64,000 nt of DNA from the sequence record PP430345. One strand, 5' to 3'. Shown one piece after another: positions 43,372 to 51,144 of this stretch. Position 1 is the first letter of the stretch; every line of letters starts with the position of its first letter. The notes beneath the pieces were generated by a model, which saw nothing but the letters and a program-made list of their open reading frames with translations, was not told where the DNA came from and did not search any database. Both the position numbers and the translations under genes were made by a program. The DNA comes from Escherichia phage vB_EcoM-LTH01.

Positions 43372-43590
43372 TTACAGTTTAACAACACTAACGCTAAAGC
43401 CAGGTATGGTTTTACACTCAGCTTCCATAGATTCAAGAGTCCCTTCAACAAGTTCTTTTTCTACAGCTTCGAAAATCTCTTCGATGCTCAAGCCGGACTT
43501 TTCCATCTTAGCTTTTAACATCTCTTCCATATCTTCGTTAGTGTAGTCAATTTCATAAGTAACCTTGAGTTCTACAACCTGTTTAGTCAT
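43372..43590 (-). CDS. hypothetical acidic protein (72 aa), paralogue of 43583..43807
   Basis: ORF track. Shares the pattern ..(V/F)T(Y/V)(E/D)..TNE....EM...(K/S)(E/M)..G(L/I)(S/T)(I/V)EE(I/L)(F/Y).. with its neighbour. Confidence 0.6.
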   Translation of the reverse strand: MTKQVVELKVTYEIDYTNEDMEEMLKAKMEKSGLSIEEIFEAVEKELVEGTLESMEAECKTIPGFSVSVVKL

Positions 43591-43807
43591 TGGCGATCTC
43601 CGAAACGGTAACTTCAGTAGTTAACCCAGGGAATTCTGAATCATCATTAGGGAACTGTTCTACAAACCCCTCAAGAAATTGCTGCGGGAATGTCTTGTAG
43701 AGTTCTTCAACTGTAATACCTTGACGCTCAGAAGCTTCTTTCATTTCTTTGCTAAGAGCTTCATTAGTCTTATCTACGGTAAAGTTCAATGTAATGCTAA
43801 ATTTCAT
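43583..43807 (-). CDS. hypothetical acidic protein (74 aa), paralogue of 43372..43590
   Basis: ORF track. The tandem duplicate overlaps its neighbour by 8 nt. Confidence 0.6.
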   Translation of the reverse strand: MKFSITLNFTVDKTNEALSKEMKEASERQGITVEELYKTFPQQFLEGFVEQFPNDDSEFPGLTTEVTVSEIAND

Positions 43808-44052
43808 TTTGCCTCCATAAAAGTCATCTTGTAACGAGAAGTTAAGTCACCCTCGTTGGGGTAGAAGAAGTATATTCGATTTCCTTTCCCAAAGTCAATC
43901 TTTTTCCAACACTCCAGAGAAAACCCTGTAGTCTCAAAAGCAATGTCGTTACCCTCATCGAAAGCTTCATCATAGCTGTTAAAGGTATCGATATACTCTT
44001 CCGTTACGTATCCAGCAGCACCGTATTCCAGTGCAAGTTTAAAGTTTTTCAT
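43804..44052 (-). CDS. hypothetical protein (82 aa)
   Basis: ORF track. ATGA overlap with the next gene. Confidence 0.55.
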   Translation of the reverse strand: MKNFKLALEYGAAGYVTEEYIDTFNSYDEAFDEGNDIAFETTGFSLECWKKIDFGKGNRIYFFYPNEGDLTSRYKMTFMEAK

Positions 44053-44110
44053 ATTAGTTAACCAGTCAAATAAAAGTATACCTCCATTTTACTGGCATAA
44101 CCAATGATAG

Positions 44111-44356
44111 TCAATGTAACTCAAGCGATTGAAGAAGTCCAGAAATTTCTTCTTCAAGTTTAGACTCTATTTGAATCTCCTTACATGGAATCATAAACTC
44201 TGGAACCATATCGGCATAAACTCTCTCAGAAACGATTTGAGCGTTCATTGCACTCCAGTCAAGAAAAGACATGACTTCATCTGTTTCTTTCATGAGAGAG
44301 CTTCCTATTGCGTTTAAACGGCATTCTGAAACCTGATTCACGATTACCTCCATCAA
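44111..44356 (-). CDS. hypothetical protein (81 aa)
   Basis: ORF track. Overlaps the upstream stop. Confidence 0.55.
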   Translation of the reverse strand: MMEVIVNQVSECRLNAIGSSLMKETDEVMSFLDWSAMNAQIVSERVYADMVPEFMIPCKEIQIESKLEEEISGLLQSLELH

Positions 44357-44739
44357 TATCCGTACTTCTCTTTAAGTATTGGGTCGTTAACCACAATGTA
44401 ATGACGTGGTTTCGACTTCCCGTTGATTATCACCTTATCTCTGTAAATCCTGATGTAACCGCCAGTCTCCATCTTCTTAAGGAATGCACTTACCTTGGCT
44501 TGACTGGTCGGTGACATTTGAAACAACTCACACAATGCCACCTGTGATTCATAGAAACACGTTTCCACTGATTCGCCCTGTCGAGAAGCAAACTCCGCAA
44601 AGAATGAAAATCTCCACCTCAAAAGTATCATCCTCTTTAAATCCTCGCCGGACATTTCAGTAACCCAACGAAGAGGAAGCATGGCGAACGCATCGTCTTC
44701 AAAAGTCTTCTTCCCAACAGAGGTGTTTATCTCAAACAT
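44353..44739 (-). CDS. winged-helix DNA-binding protein, candidate regulator / origin-binding protein (128 aa)
   Basis: First gene of the leftward operon, with a GAGGAGGG SD. The wHTH-like segment is QVALCELFQMSPTSQAKVSAFLKKMETGGYIRIYRDKV. Confidence 0.5.
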   Translation of the reverse strand: MFEINTSVGKKTFEDDAFAMLPLRWVTEMSGEDLKRMILLRWRFSFFAEFASRQGESVETCFYESQVALCELFQMSPTSQAKVSAFLKKMETGGYIRIYRDKVIINGKSKPRHYIVVNDPILKEKYGY

Positions 44740-44767
44740 AGACCCTCCTCTTAATCTTACCTTCGCT

Positions 44768-44795
44768 ATCTTACATGACTATCCCAACATGTCAA
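44768..44795 (-). promoter_or_regulatory. leftward sigma70-type promoter
   Basis: Minus strand reads TTGACA (44795-44790), 16-nt spacer, TAAGAT (44773-44768). Confidence 0.45.
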
Positions 44796-44879
44796 ACCCT
44801 TTATGCCCGTTTAGGCATACAATACTATATTAGATTTCCCTGGCTCGAAGCCTCTCGCCAAACCCTTTATCATTATAAT

Positions 44880-44929
44880 TTATTCATTTCATTCATAAAT
44901 TATATAATAATTATTCATTTCATTCATAA
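44880..44929. repeat. two 19-nt direct repeats TTATTCATTTCATTCATAA (44880-44898 and 44911-44929), period 31 bp
   Basis: Read directly. Each copy contains an internal TCATT triple. Iteron-like. Confidence 0.8.
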
Positions 44930-44952
44930 TTATTATTAAAAACAATAAAAAC

Positions 44953-45020
44953 AAGATCTTTTATAAGATCTTTTTATATATATGATCTATAGATCTACAG
45001 ATCTTAAAGGATCTTTTATA
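44953..45020. repeat. GATC / AGATCT box cluster with GATCTTTT(T)ATA repeats
   Basis: GATC at 44955, 44967, 44984, 44992, 45000 and 45010. Four are full AGATCT palindromes. Three copies of GATCTTTT(T)ATA. Confidence 0.8.
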
Positions 45021-45052
45021 GATTTTATACTAAATTTTTTAAATTTAAAGTC

Positions 45053-45081
45053 TTGACATGGAGTTTTTACATAGGTATAGT
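45053..45081 (+). promoter_or_regulatory. rightward sigma70-type promoter
   Basis: TTGACA (45053-45058), 17-nt spacer, TATAGT (45076-45081). Confidence 0.65.
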
Positions 45082-45116
45082 GACTCTACTTTAACAAACA
45101 ACAGGTTATCTTTATA

Positions 45117-45398
45117 ATGATTTTGAATAATAAATGTAAAAAGTTATCAGAGAATGAATTAAGTCATCTTCAAGCTATGAGAGAAGCTTGGCATTCAGCA
45201 AAAGCTGGACTGAAAGTATGTGTTGTGACTGTTTACGAATGTGACTGGTACACCATTTTGGGGAACTATTACGGAGTAATGAATCAGTATGTGGAAAAAG
45301 GCTTGATTTATCATCGTGTGGAAGATAGTATGAATCCTGACTTACAGCTTGTGGCTGAAGATTTGGATAATGTACTAATAACTTTGGAGATGATCTAA
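45117..45398 (+). CDS. hypothetical protein (93 aa)
   Basis: First gene of the rightward block, 36 nt downstream of the promoter -10. Confidence 0.6.
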   Translation: MILNNKCKKLSENELSHLQAMREAWHSAKAGLKVCVVTVYECDWYTILGNYYGVMNQYVEKGLIYHRVEDSMNPDLQLVAEDLDNVLITLEMI

Positions 45399-45541
45399 TG
45401 AAAGAGTGTAACGATATTGTTGCGTTTGGATTGAACATCGTGGAGTTTGGAACAGTGTGGTTTCTGATGCTAATAGCATTTGGTGTCAGTTTGGTTAAGT
45501 ATCTTAACAAAGGTATTGGAGAGAGGAAAAGTAAATCATGA
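45398..45541 (+). CDS. small membrane protein (47 aa)
   Basis: Absent from the track. ATG 45398 abuts the upstream TAA (TAATG) and its TGA overlaps the next ATG. TM segment VEFGTVWFLMLIAFGVSLV. Confidence 0.4.
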   Translation: MKECNDIVAFGLNIVEFGTVWFLMLIAFGVSLVKYLNKGIGERKSKS

Positions 45542-45837
45542 AATTGATCTTTAGTGATGAATTAAGCGAGCAGTTGGAAAACATCTTTCGTGCACAGGAA
45601 AAGCCTCGGTTCTACTTGTGGTGTACAGAACTGAATGACCAGTTTAAATACCTCGAAGAAATCCTCGAAGGGAGGGGTGTAGAACTCACTGTGGCGAAAG
45701 TAAGACAGAACTGTGACAACTTATGCCTCTCTGTGATTGGTGACGCTGACGAGGTTGCTTGGATGGATATGGCCCTATTGGTCTATTCACATAATCATCG
45801 TTATAAGCACCTTCTTGTTTTGGAGCATATGGAATGA
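45538..45837 (+). CDS. hypothetical protein (99 aa)
   Basis: ORF track. ATGA coupling on both sides. Confidence 0.6.
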   Translation: MKLIFSDELSEQLENIFRAQEKPRFYLWCTELNDQFKYLEEILEGRGVELTVAKVRQNCDNLCLSVIGDADEVAWMDMALLVYSHNHRYKHLLVLEHME

Positions 45838-46172
45838 AAAAGTCTATTGTGGCGTACAAGTTGTTTAGAGTCAGGAAAGACGGTACAATAGGCCCCCTAT
45901 TTATCAATAGATCTTTAGTCGTAGAAAAGAATAAGTGGATGGAAGCTGAAAATCATCCTACTCGGGGATTTTCTGTACGACCAGGTTGGCATTGTACACT
46001 TAAACCTGAAGCTCCTCATCTGAAGATAAACCTTAAATCGGGAGAGATCCGTAAATGGTTCAAGGTTGAAGTTCAAGGCACTGTTAATTTTCAAAGACCT
46101 GAATCTCAAGGCGGCACTTGGATATTGGCAGAAAGATTACGCGTTCTGGAGGAGGTATCTGGCAGTGTGTGA
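45834..46172 (+). CDS. hypothetical protein (112 aa)
   Basis: ORF track. Carries a conserved-looking motif AYKLFRVRKDGTIGPLFIN..RPGWH..APHL. Confidence 0.6.
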   Translation: MKKSIVAYKLFRVRKDGTIGPLFINRSLVVEKNKWMEAENHPTRGFSVRPGWHCTLKPEAPHLKINLKSGEIRKWFKVEVQGTVNFQRPESQGGTWILAERLRVLEEVSGSV

Positions 46173-46404
46173 ATGTGATAATTGTAAGCTTGGGAAAAGG
46201 ATCGGGGATGTTCGAGAATACCTGAAAGATCGCCCTGATCTTGTTGACACTCTTGATGAACTGTATAGTGAATACATTCATGTAAGTACGGATCTTGAGT
46301 GGCTTGAGAACGTTGTAAATAAAAGGTGGCCTAATTACCAGGGGTGTATGAAGGCTTATGGTTGGGTAGAGGACAAAAAGGAGACTAATGATGAAAGTTG
46401 TTGA
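46165..46404 (+). CDS. hypothetical protein (79 aa; start uncertain)
   Basis: Track ORF 46066..46404 overlaps the previous gene by 107 nt. GTG 46165 after GGAGGAGG is the more economical start. Confidence 0.4.
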   Translation: MCECDNCKLGKRIGDVREYLKDRPDLVDTLDELYSEYIHVSTDLEWLENVVNKRWPNYQGCMKAYGWVEDKKETNDESC

Positions 46405-46582
46405 TATAGAGATCAGTGAGAACATTGCTGGTGGGTATTCTCTTCTGGTATGTAATCGTGAAGGTGGTGAGATTGTTCACGGCTATAAGGTTGGTGGGAT
46501 GGACACTGTAGAGTCATTCACTGTTCCTTTGGACGTATTACTGGAAGCAATCAAGAATAACACCTACGATACTGAAGAGTGA
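46388..46582 (+). CDS. hypothetical protein (64 aa)
   Basis: ORF track. AAGGAG SD upstream. Confidence 0.55.
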   Translation: MMKVVDIEISENIAGGYSLLVCNREGGEIVHGYKVGGMDTVESFTVPLDVLLEAIKNNTYDTEE

Positions 46583-46586
46583 TGCT

Positions 46587-46958
46587 ATGACGACAGAGAA
46601 GAAGCCTTTTGACAAGACGGCCTTTGTTTTTAATACGCCAGTTGAAAAACTTGAAGAATGTTTGTTGACATGCAATGAAGAGTTGAGTAGACTGCTCACT
46701 ATTCCGAAACCGGACCCTTGGGTACAGGATCGTATCGACGATCTGTCTTATTGGTTGGGTATTTGGGAGCTACAGCTTCCTGACGCTAAGAGACGGAAGA
46801 TGACAACCGTTCCTATGAGTGCGATAGAAAGAGTCGTGCTTGGGCTGTATGAGAAGCCAGAGGAGCCTAAAAAGGCTTGGACCAAACCGAAAAAGAAAGC
46901 ACCACCAAAGGTGGAAAAGGAGAAGAAACGTGTCACAAAAAAGAAAAAGTCTGTCTGA
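46587..46958 (+). CDS. hypothetical protein with Lys-rich tail (123 aa)
   Basis: C-terminus KPKKKAPPKVEKEKKRVTKKKKSV may bind nucleic acid. Confidence 0.6.
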   Translation: MTTEKKPFDKTAFVFNTPVEKLEECLLTCNEELSRLLTIPKPDPWVQDRIDDLSYWLGIWELQLPDAKRRKMTTVPMSAIERVVLGLYEKPEEPKKAWTKPKKKAPPKVEKEKKRVTKKKKSV

Positions 46959-46977
46959 GAAATGGCTTAGTAACGGA

Positions 46978-47331
46978 ATGTCAAACCAGTGGATTGATTC
47001 TGGATTGGCAACCTGCTTGAAAAAGCCAAACAAGACGCTCATCGAAGAAGAACCAAAAGATGAAGTTTTCGAATCTCCGAATGGAAGTGTTTGGATTGTG
47101 GCTGTCGATTACAGTGGACGGGTAACCGTCCTTAAAGCACCAAATATTCATCCTGCATTGCTTGACGAGGGTCCTGAAGCGGAGTATATTGGTCTTCCAC
47201 CTGATTCAGATTCTGGCCCTGGTGTTTACCGTTGGACGTGTAGTTATCATGAAAGTAAGGATCGAGAATCTAATCTTGTGGACGGTTTTGAGTTTCATGT
47301 GGAGAAAGAAGAGGTTCTTTTCTCTGTTTAG
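46978..47331 (+). CDS. hypothetical protein (117 aa; start uncertain)
   Basis: The track start at 46840 overlaps the previous gene by 119 nt. ATG 46978 is the first start after that gene's stop. Confidence 0.45.
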   Translation: MSNQWIDSGLATCLKKPNKTLIEEEPKDEVFESPNGSVWIVAVDYSGRVTVLKAPNIHPALLDEGPEAEYIGLPPDSDSGPGVYRWTCSYHESKDRESNLVDGFEFHVEKEEVLFSV

Positions 47332-47340
47332 GAGGAAACA

Positions 47341-47562
47341 ATGAGGATAAGTAAGAAGACTCATCCGTTTTATTTCACCAATGTCTATATGGGTGGGGAA
47401 CTGAAGAAATCCAGCTTTGATGCTTGGTATCGAGGGATCAAAGCATTCGCATTTCTCCGTCGGAACATTGGTGGCATCATTAAAAAGAATGATCAGTTCT
47501 TTAAAGAGAATCCTGATTATGTTGAAGGTGCTCTTTGTGGAAAACTAAAGGAGACTAAATGA
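47341..47562 (+). CDS. hypothetical protein (73 aa)
   Basis: ORF track. AGGAGGAAACA SD upstream. Confidence 0.6.
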   Translation: MRISKKTHPFYFTNVYMGGELKKSSFDAWYRGIKAFAFLRRNIGGIIKKNDQFFKENPDYVEGALCGKLKETK

Positions 47563-47894
47563 AATATCGGTTCAATGGCTACAAAACTAAATTTACCTCT
47601 CTTAAGTTTGTTGTTGGTAAGGTATATGATTTCAAAGATCGAGTTTTTGAAGTTGCTAATGAAGATGGGATCATGCTATCGGGTAGCGACGAGAATGGTA
47701 CAACCGGAGTGATCGTATTTTTTAAGGACTATGATTTCGAAGTTGTTGGGGAGGGAAGTCCTGAGATACGGTATATTGTTAGTGGCAAGAATGTAACTAA
47801 AGAGGTCTTTGAAGAGGTTAAAAAATCCCTAGAAGATCTTGACAAGATTGGGTTTGGTCTGGCAAAATACACATTAGAAATCAAAGCAAACTAA
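47559..47894 (+). CDS. hypothetical protein (111 aa)
   Basis: ORF track. ATGA overlap. Confidence 0.6.
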   Translation: MKYRFNGYKTKFTSLKFVVGKVYDFKDRVFEVANEDGIMLSGSDENGTTGVIVFFKDYDFEVVGEGSPEIRYIVSGKNVTKEVFEEVKKSLEDLDKIGFGLAKYTLEIKAN

Positions 47895-47903
47895 GGAGAA
47901 GTG

Positions 47904-49271
47904 ATGAGCGTAACTAAGATTATCGAACAACTGGCAGCAACCGGATCAACAAAAGAAAAAGAAGCGATCTTACGTAGTCATGCGGATAACGATGGCCTGC
48001 GTGAAGTATTTCGGGTAGCATATAGCAAAGAGTTAAACTTCTTTGTTCGCAGTTTTAAGGTTGATCCTGCAACTTTCCACCAAGGAAGCCGTAATCTGCA
48101 AGAGAGTATTGATCTTATCGTCAACGATGTTGCAAGCCGTATGTACACTGGGCATGAAGCTCGTGATGTTCTCACGAATGCCGTTCAACTGTGTGAAGAA
48201 CCCGAAACCCTGATAAAGATCATCAACCGCGATCTTGAGTGTGGTATCCAGACAACTCTGACCAACAAGGTTTGGAAGGACCTGATTACAGAGCCTCCTT
48301 ACCAGAGCTATACTCTTTTCAAAGAGGATCTCCTTCGTAATTTCAACTATGAGGGTGCTTTCTCCGACGAGAAGATGGACGGACTTTATGCAGACATTAT
48401 GGTTTGGCCTGAGCAGGTCATTTATCGTTCACGATCAGGGAAAGAGCTTAATTTCCGGTGTATTACTTCACTTGAGCAAAACCTGAAAGAAAAAGCCAAT
48501 TCTGATGGTCCTTTTGTTATGCACGGGGAAGGTTTAGTTATTGACCTGTCATACCCGCACGGGGTTCAACCACGAGAGATCGGTAACGGATATCTTAACC
48601 AAGATCCTGAAAACATTGATCCTAATCTGGTACGTTTGGTTGTTTGGGATGTTGTTTCTATGGACGAGTATATCGCACGTAAATCCAAGAAAAAATATAA
48701 AGACCGTCGTAAGCAGGTTGAAAATATTGTCAACTATGTTGATGAGTCTTCTCATTTCCAGATGATCCGTGGTCGTCAGATAGGCAGTCTTAAAGAGGCT
48801 ATTGACCACTTTATCGAAATGCGTTTGCAGAAGAAAGAGGGTACGGTTCTTAAAGAAGCGAATATGCCTTGGGGAGATAACAAGACTAAGAAAGGGATCA
48901 AACTTAAAAATGAGTTCGATGTTGATCTTGAGGTTGTGGCGACAACGCCTCACAAGAAGAAGCCTGGGCTTATTGGATCTCTGGTCTGCCGGACTCGTGA
49001 TGGACTTCTTGAAGTTGGTGCTGGGTCTGGACTTACTGATGCGCTTCGTAAAAAGCCGAGTGAGTATTTCATTGGGCAGATTATTACGATCAAGGCTAAT
49101 GACATTACTGATGCGGAGAATAAAGATCTGAAATCGCTGTTTTTGCCACGTTTAAATTATAAGTTTGTTGAACTTCGCTTTGATAAGAGCGTAGCCAACA
49201 GCCTGGAAGAAGTGATCGAAGCATCGAACTCTCTTCTGGATCTTCTTCGTAAAATTGCAGAGGAGGTTTAA
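47904..49271 (+). CDS. ATP-dependent DNA ligase, T4 gp30-like (455 aa)
   Basis: Adenylation motif EKMDGLY (KxDG). N-terminus IIEQLAATGSTKEKEAILRSHADNDGLREVFRVAYSKELNFFV parallels the T4 ligase N-terminus. AAGGAG SD upstream. Confidence 0.85.
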   Translation: MSVTKIIEQLAATGSTKEKEAILRSHADNDGLREVFRVAYSKELNFFVRSFKVDPATFHQGSRNLQESIDLIVNDVASRMYTGHEARDVLTNAVQLCEEPETLIKIINRDLECGIQTTLTNKVWKDLITEPPYQSYTLFKEDLLRNFNYEGAFSDEKMDGLYADIMVWPEQVIYRSRSGKELNFRCITSLEQNLKEKANSDGPFVMHGEGLVIDLSYPHGVQPREIGNGYLNQDPENIDPNLVRLVVWDVVSMDEYIARKSKKKYKDRRKQVENIVNYVDESSHFQMIRGRQIGSLKEAIDHFIEMRLQKKEGTVLKEANMPWGDNKTKKGIKLKNEFDVDLEVVATTPHKKKPGLIGSLVCRTRDGLLEVGAGSGLTDALRKKPSEYFIGQIITIKANDITDAENKDLKSLFLPRLNYKFVELRFDKSVANSLEEVIEASNSLLDLLRKIAEEV

Positions 49272-49273
49272 TA

Positions 49274-49735
49274 GTGGAAGCTTTAATTATCGCTGTTGTG
49301 GGGATTACACTTTACCTTTCCGTAATTTTGGGCGTTCCCGTGTTGCTTACTCGTAAGCCAGCAGGTAAGATCTTGAAGTTGATTCGTGAAGGATCTTCTC
49401 GGTTTGAGGTACATTCTGGAGTTTTTGTTCCTGAGGGCCATGAAGATCCTTGTGAGGATAATGATGATCTTTGGTATGTTGATTATACAATTGTTGATAC
49501 GGTCACAGGTAAGGTTACTTACATTGAAAAGGTTTGTGGTATTATCTCCGATAGCCTTTTCGTAAATGGCGATCTGTTCTGGATGAATGATTATGAAGGT
49601 ACACGACTTTACCACACCTGTCGTCGAATCGTTAAGCGACGTAATAAGGCTTCAAAAAAGGACAAACGATCTAAGTTCGAGATCGAAAAGGATGAAGCAC
49701 GTAAAGTTGCACTAGAAACTTATAAAGACTGTTGA
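49274..49735 (+). CDS. membrane-anchored hypothetical protein (153 aa)
   Basis: GTG start. N-terminal TM ALIIAVVGITLYLSVILGVPVLL. Confidence 0.55.
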   Translation: MEALIIAVVGITLYLSVILGVPVLLTRKPAGKILKLIREGSSRFEVHSGVFVPEGHEDPCEDNDDLWYVDYTIVDTVTGKVTYIEKVCGIISDSLFVNGDLFWMNDYEGTRLYHTCRRIVKRRNKASKKDKRSKFEIEKDEARKVALETYKDC

Positions 49736-49761
49736 CAATGATAAGGGGCCATTATACATGA
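49732..49761 (+). promoter_or_regulatory. PeSL-like promoter / stem-loop
   Basis: TTGACA (49732-49737) overlaps the upstream TGA stop. Hairpin GGGGCCAT-TATAC-ATGACCCC (49745-49765, one mismatch) carries the A/T-rich -10-like loop. The spacer is shorter than ideal at 15-16 nt. Confidence 0.4.
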
Positions 49762-49788
49762 CCCCAAGTTAAACGAAAGGAGATTAAA

Positions 49789-50526
49789 TTGAAATACAAT
49801 GAATTGAGTACTGATCAAAAAACCTTTATTTCCGAGATGATTGATGTTAAGGGCAATAGCTTCTTTCGGGAAGCAGCAGAGCGAGTAAAAAATTGGAATT
49901 TTGTTGCTCGTGGTTTTCATGACTTCTCTGAAGATGTTTCAAAATTCCAAAAAACTCTTGTTATGGAAGAGTACAATGAACTTTATGATCTTGGTTTAAC
50001 TAAAAAGAATCGTAAGGAAATCATAGATGCACTTTGCGACTTGTTTGTAGTTGGATCATATTACAACTTCTTGAAAGGTGGTTCTGAAAACATCTGTCCT
50101 GCTGACAATGTTGGTACGTATAATCTGACTTCGCTTTATCGAACTCTTGATCAATTTATCGAGAGTGACAATACAAACGGGATCGTTATGGCGGTTGTTG
50201 CAATCATGCAGAACTCCAACTTTAATGCTCATCGTGCTTTAAATGAGGTTTTGGATTCAAATGATTCCAAGATCCCAACCGTGAAAGAATTTACAGAAGG
50301 TTTCTACAAGACGTATTACTTTTTTGCAGAAGCTGATTTTGATCTTGATGCCATGATGCGTTTGGAAGCAGAACAGATTGAACTGCGTAACCGTAACCGT
50401 TATCATGGTGTGAAGGGAAGTATCGTAAAAGGTGGTGATGGTATGGATCGAGTAGTATTTAAAGATAAGAACGGCAAGATCATGAAGCCGATCACTTATT
50501 TTGAAGCAAACCTAGAGGGAATGTAA
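49789..50526 (+). CDS. all-alpha NTP pyrophosphohydrolase (MazG/dimeric dUTPase-like) candidate (245 aa)
   Basis: TTG start after AAGGAG. Motif LVMEEYNELYD..EIIDALCDLFVV is typical of the MazG-type metal-binding EExxE/D helices. Confidence 0.4.
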   Translation: MKYNELSTDQKTFISEMIDVKGNSFFREAAERVKNWNFVARGFHDFSEDVSKFQKTLVMEEYNELYDLGLTKKNRKEIIDALCDLFVVGSYYNFLKGGSENICPADNVGTYNLTSLYRTLDQFIESDNTNGIVMAVVAIMQNSNFNAHRALNEVLDSNDSKIPTVKEFTEGFYKTYYFFAEADFDLDAMMRLEAEQIELRNRNRYHGVKGSIVKGGDGMDRVVFKDKNGKIMKPITYFEANLEGM

Positions 50527-50529
50527 TTA

Positions 50530-50706
50530 ATGCCGTTGTATTCTTACAAATGTGAAAAATGTGGTGAAGTTTTCGATCAAAATAGAAAGATCGCAGAACG
50601 TGAAAATGCTCCTTGCAAGTGTGGAGAGATTGCAGTAAAATGTTTGTCTGCTCCACGAGGAATTAAAAACGGTTATTGTGACCAGGGTAAAATGTTTGTA
50701 CGATAG
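50530..50706 (+). CDS. FmdB-type zinc-ribbon protein (58 aa)
   Basis: Absent from the track. MPLYSYKCEKCGEVFDQ..APCKCGE. The 'Y.Y.C..CG..F' opening is the FmdB/CxxC_CxxC_SSSS signature. Confidence 0.55.
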   Translation: MPLYSYKCEKCGEVFDQNRKIAERENAPCKCGEIAVKCLSAPRGIKNGYCDQGKMFVR

Positions 50707-50714
50707 GGGGAATT

Positions 50715-51059
50715 ATGAATCAAGAAAAAGATGTTGAAAAACCTGGCTTACCTGTGTATGATGGTTCTCAGACTAAAATTTCTTTTGATGGTTTAGTTAT
50801 TACGGGTCTTGCAAGTGGTAAAAAATATGCTCGTCGTCCAAACGGTTATCATGAGATCTATGTCAGTGCATTAAGTCCTTTTGTCCGTCAGTTCCAAATT
50901 GGACTAAAAGGTAATTTAACCTTGAAGATCCATACGGGTTATGAAACATTTGCAACGTGTACTTTACCTTGTGAAACTGTAGCTCTGCTTGTGTCAGAGA
51001 TCAGTGATGAAATCCCAGTCTTTCAGGTTGTTTTTAAAGAACTTAAAAATCCTGCTTGA
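50715..51059 (+). CDS. hypothetical protein (114 aa)
   Basis: ORF track. GGGGGAATT SD upstream. Confidence 0.6.
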   Translation: MNQEKDVEKPGLPVYDGSQTKISFDGLVITGLASGKKYARRPNGYHEIYVSALSPFVRQFQIGLKGNLTLKIHTGYETFATCTLPCETVALLVSEISDEIPVFQVVFKELKNPA

Positions 51060-51092
51060 CATAAGATATTGAATGGGGTATTCTTACCCCAT
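51056..51092 (+). promoter_or_regulatory. PeSL-like promoter / stem-loop
   Basis: TTGACA (51056-51061, overlapping a TGA stop), 17-nt spacer, TATTCT (51079-51084). A perfect 8-bp hairpin ATGGGGTA-TTCT-TACCCCAT spans 51073-51092. Confidence 0.55.
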
Positions 51093-51144
51093 CGAAGCAA
51101 AGAAGTTAACTTACTATTTAAACATTAAAGAGGAGAAATACAAA

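Noticed and set aside
45175-46425. Minus-strand ORFs 45175..45510, 45686..45907, 45915..46109 and 46084..46425 in the rightward early block
   Set aside because: They are antisense to a tightly coupled plus-strand gene train (ATGA overlaps) and have no start signals.
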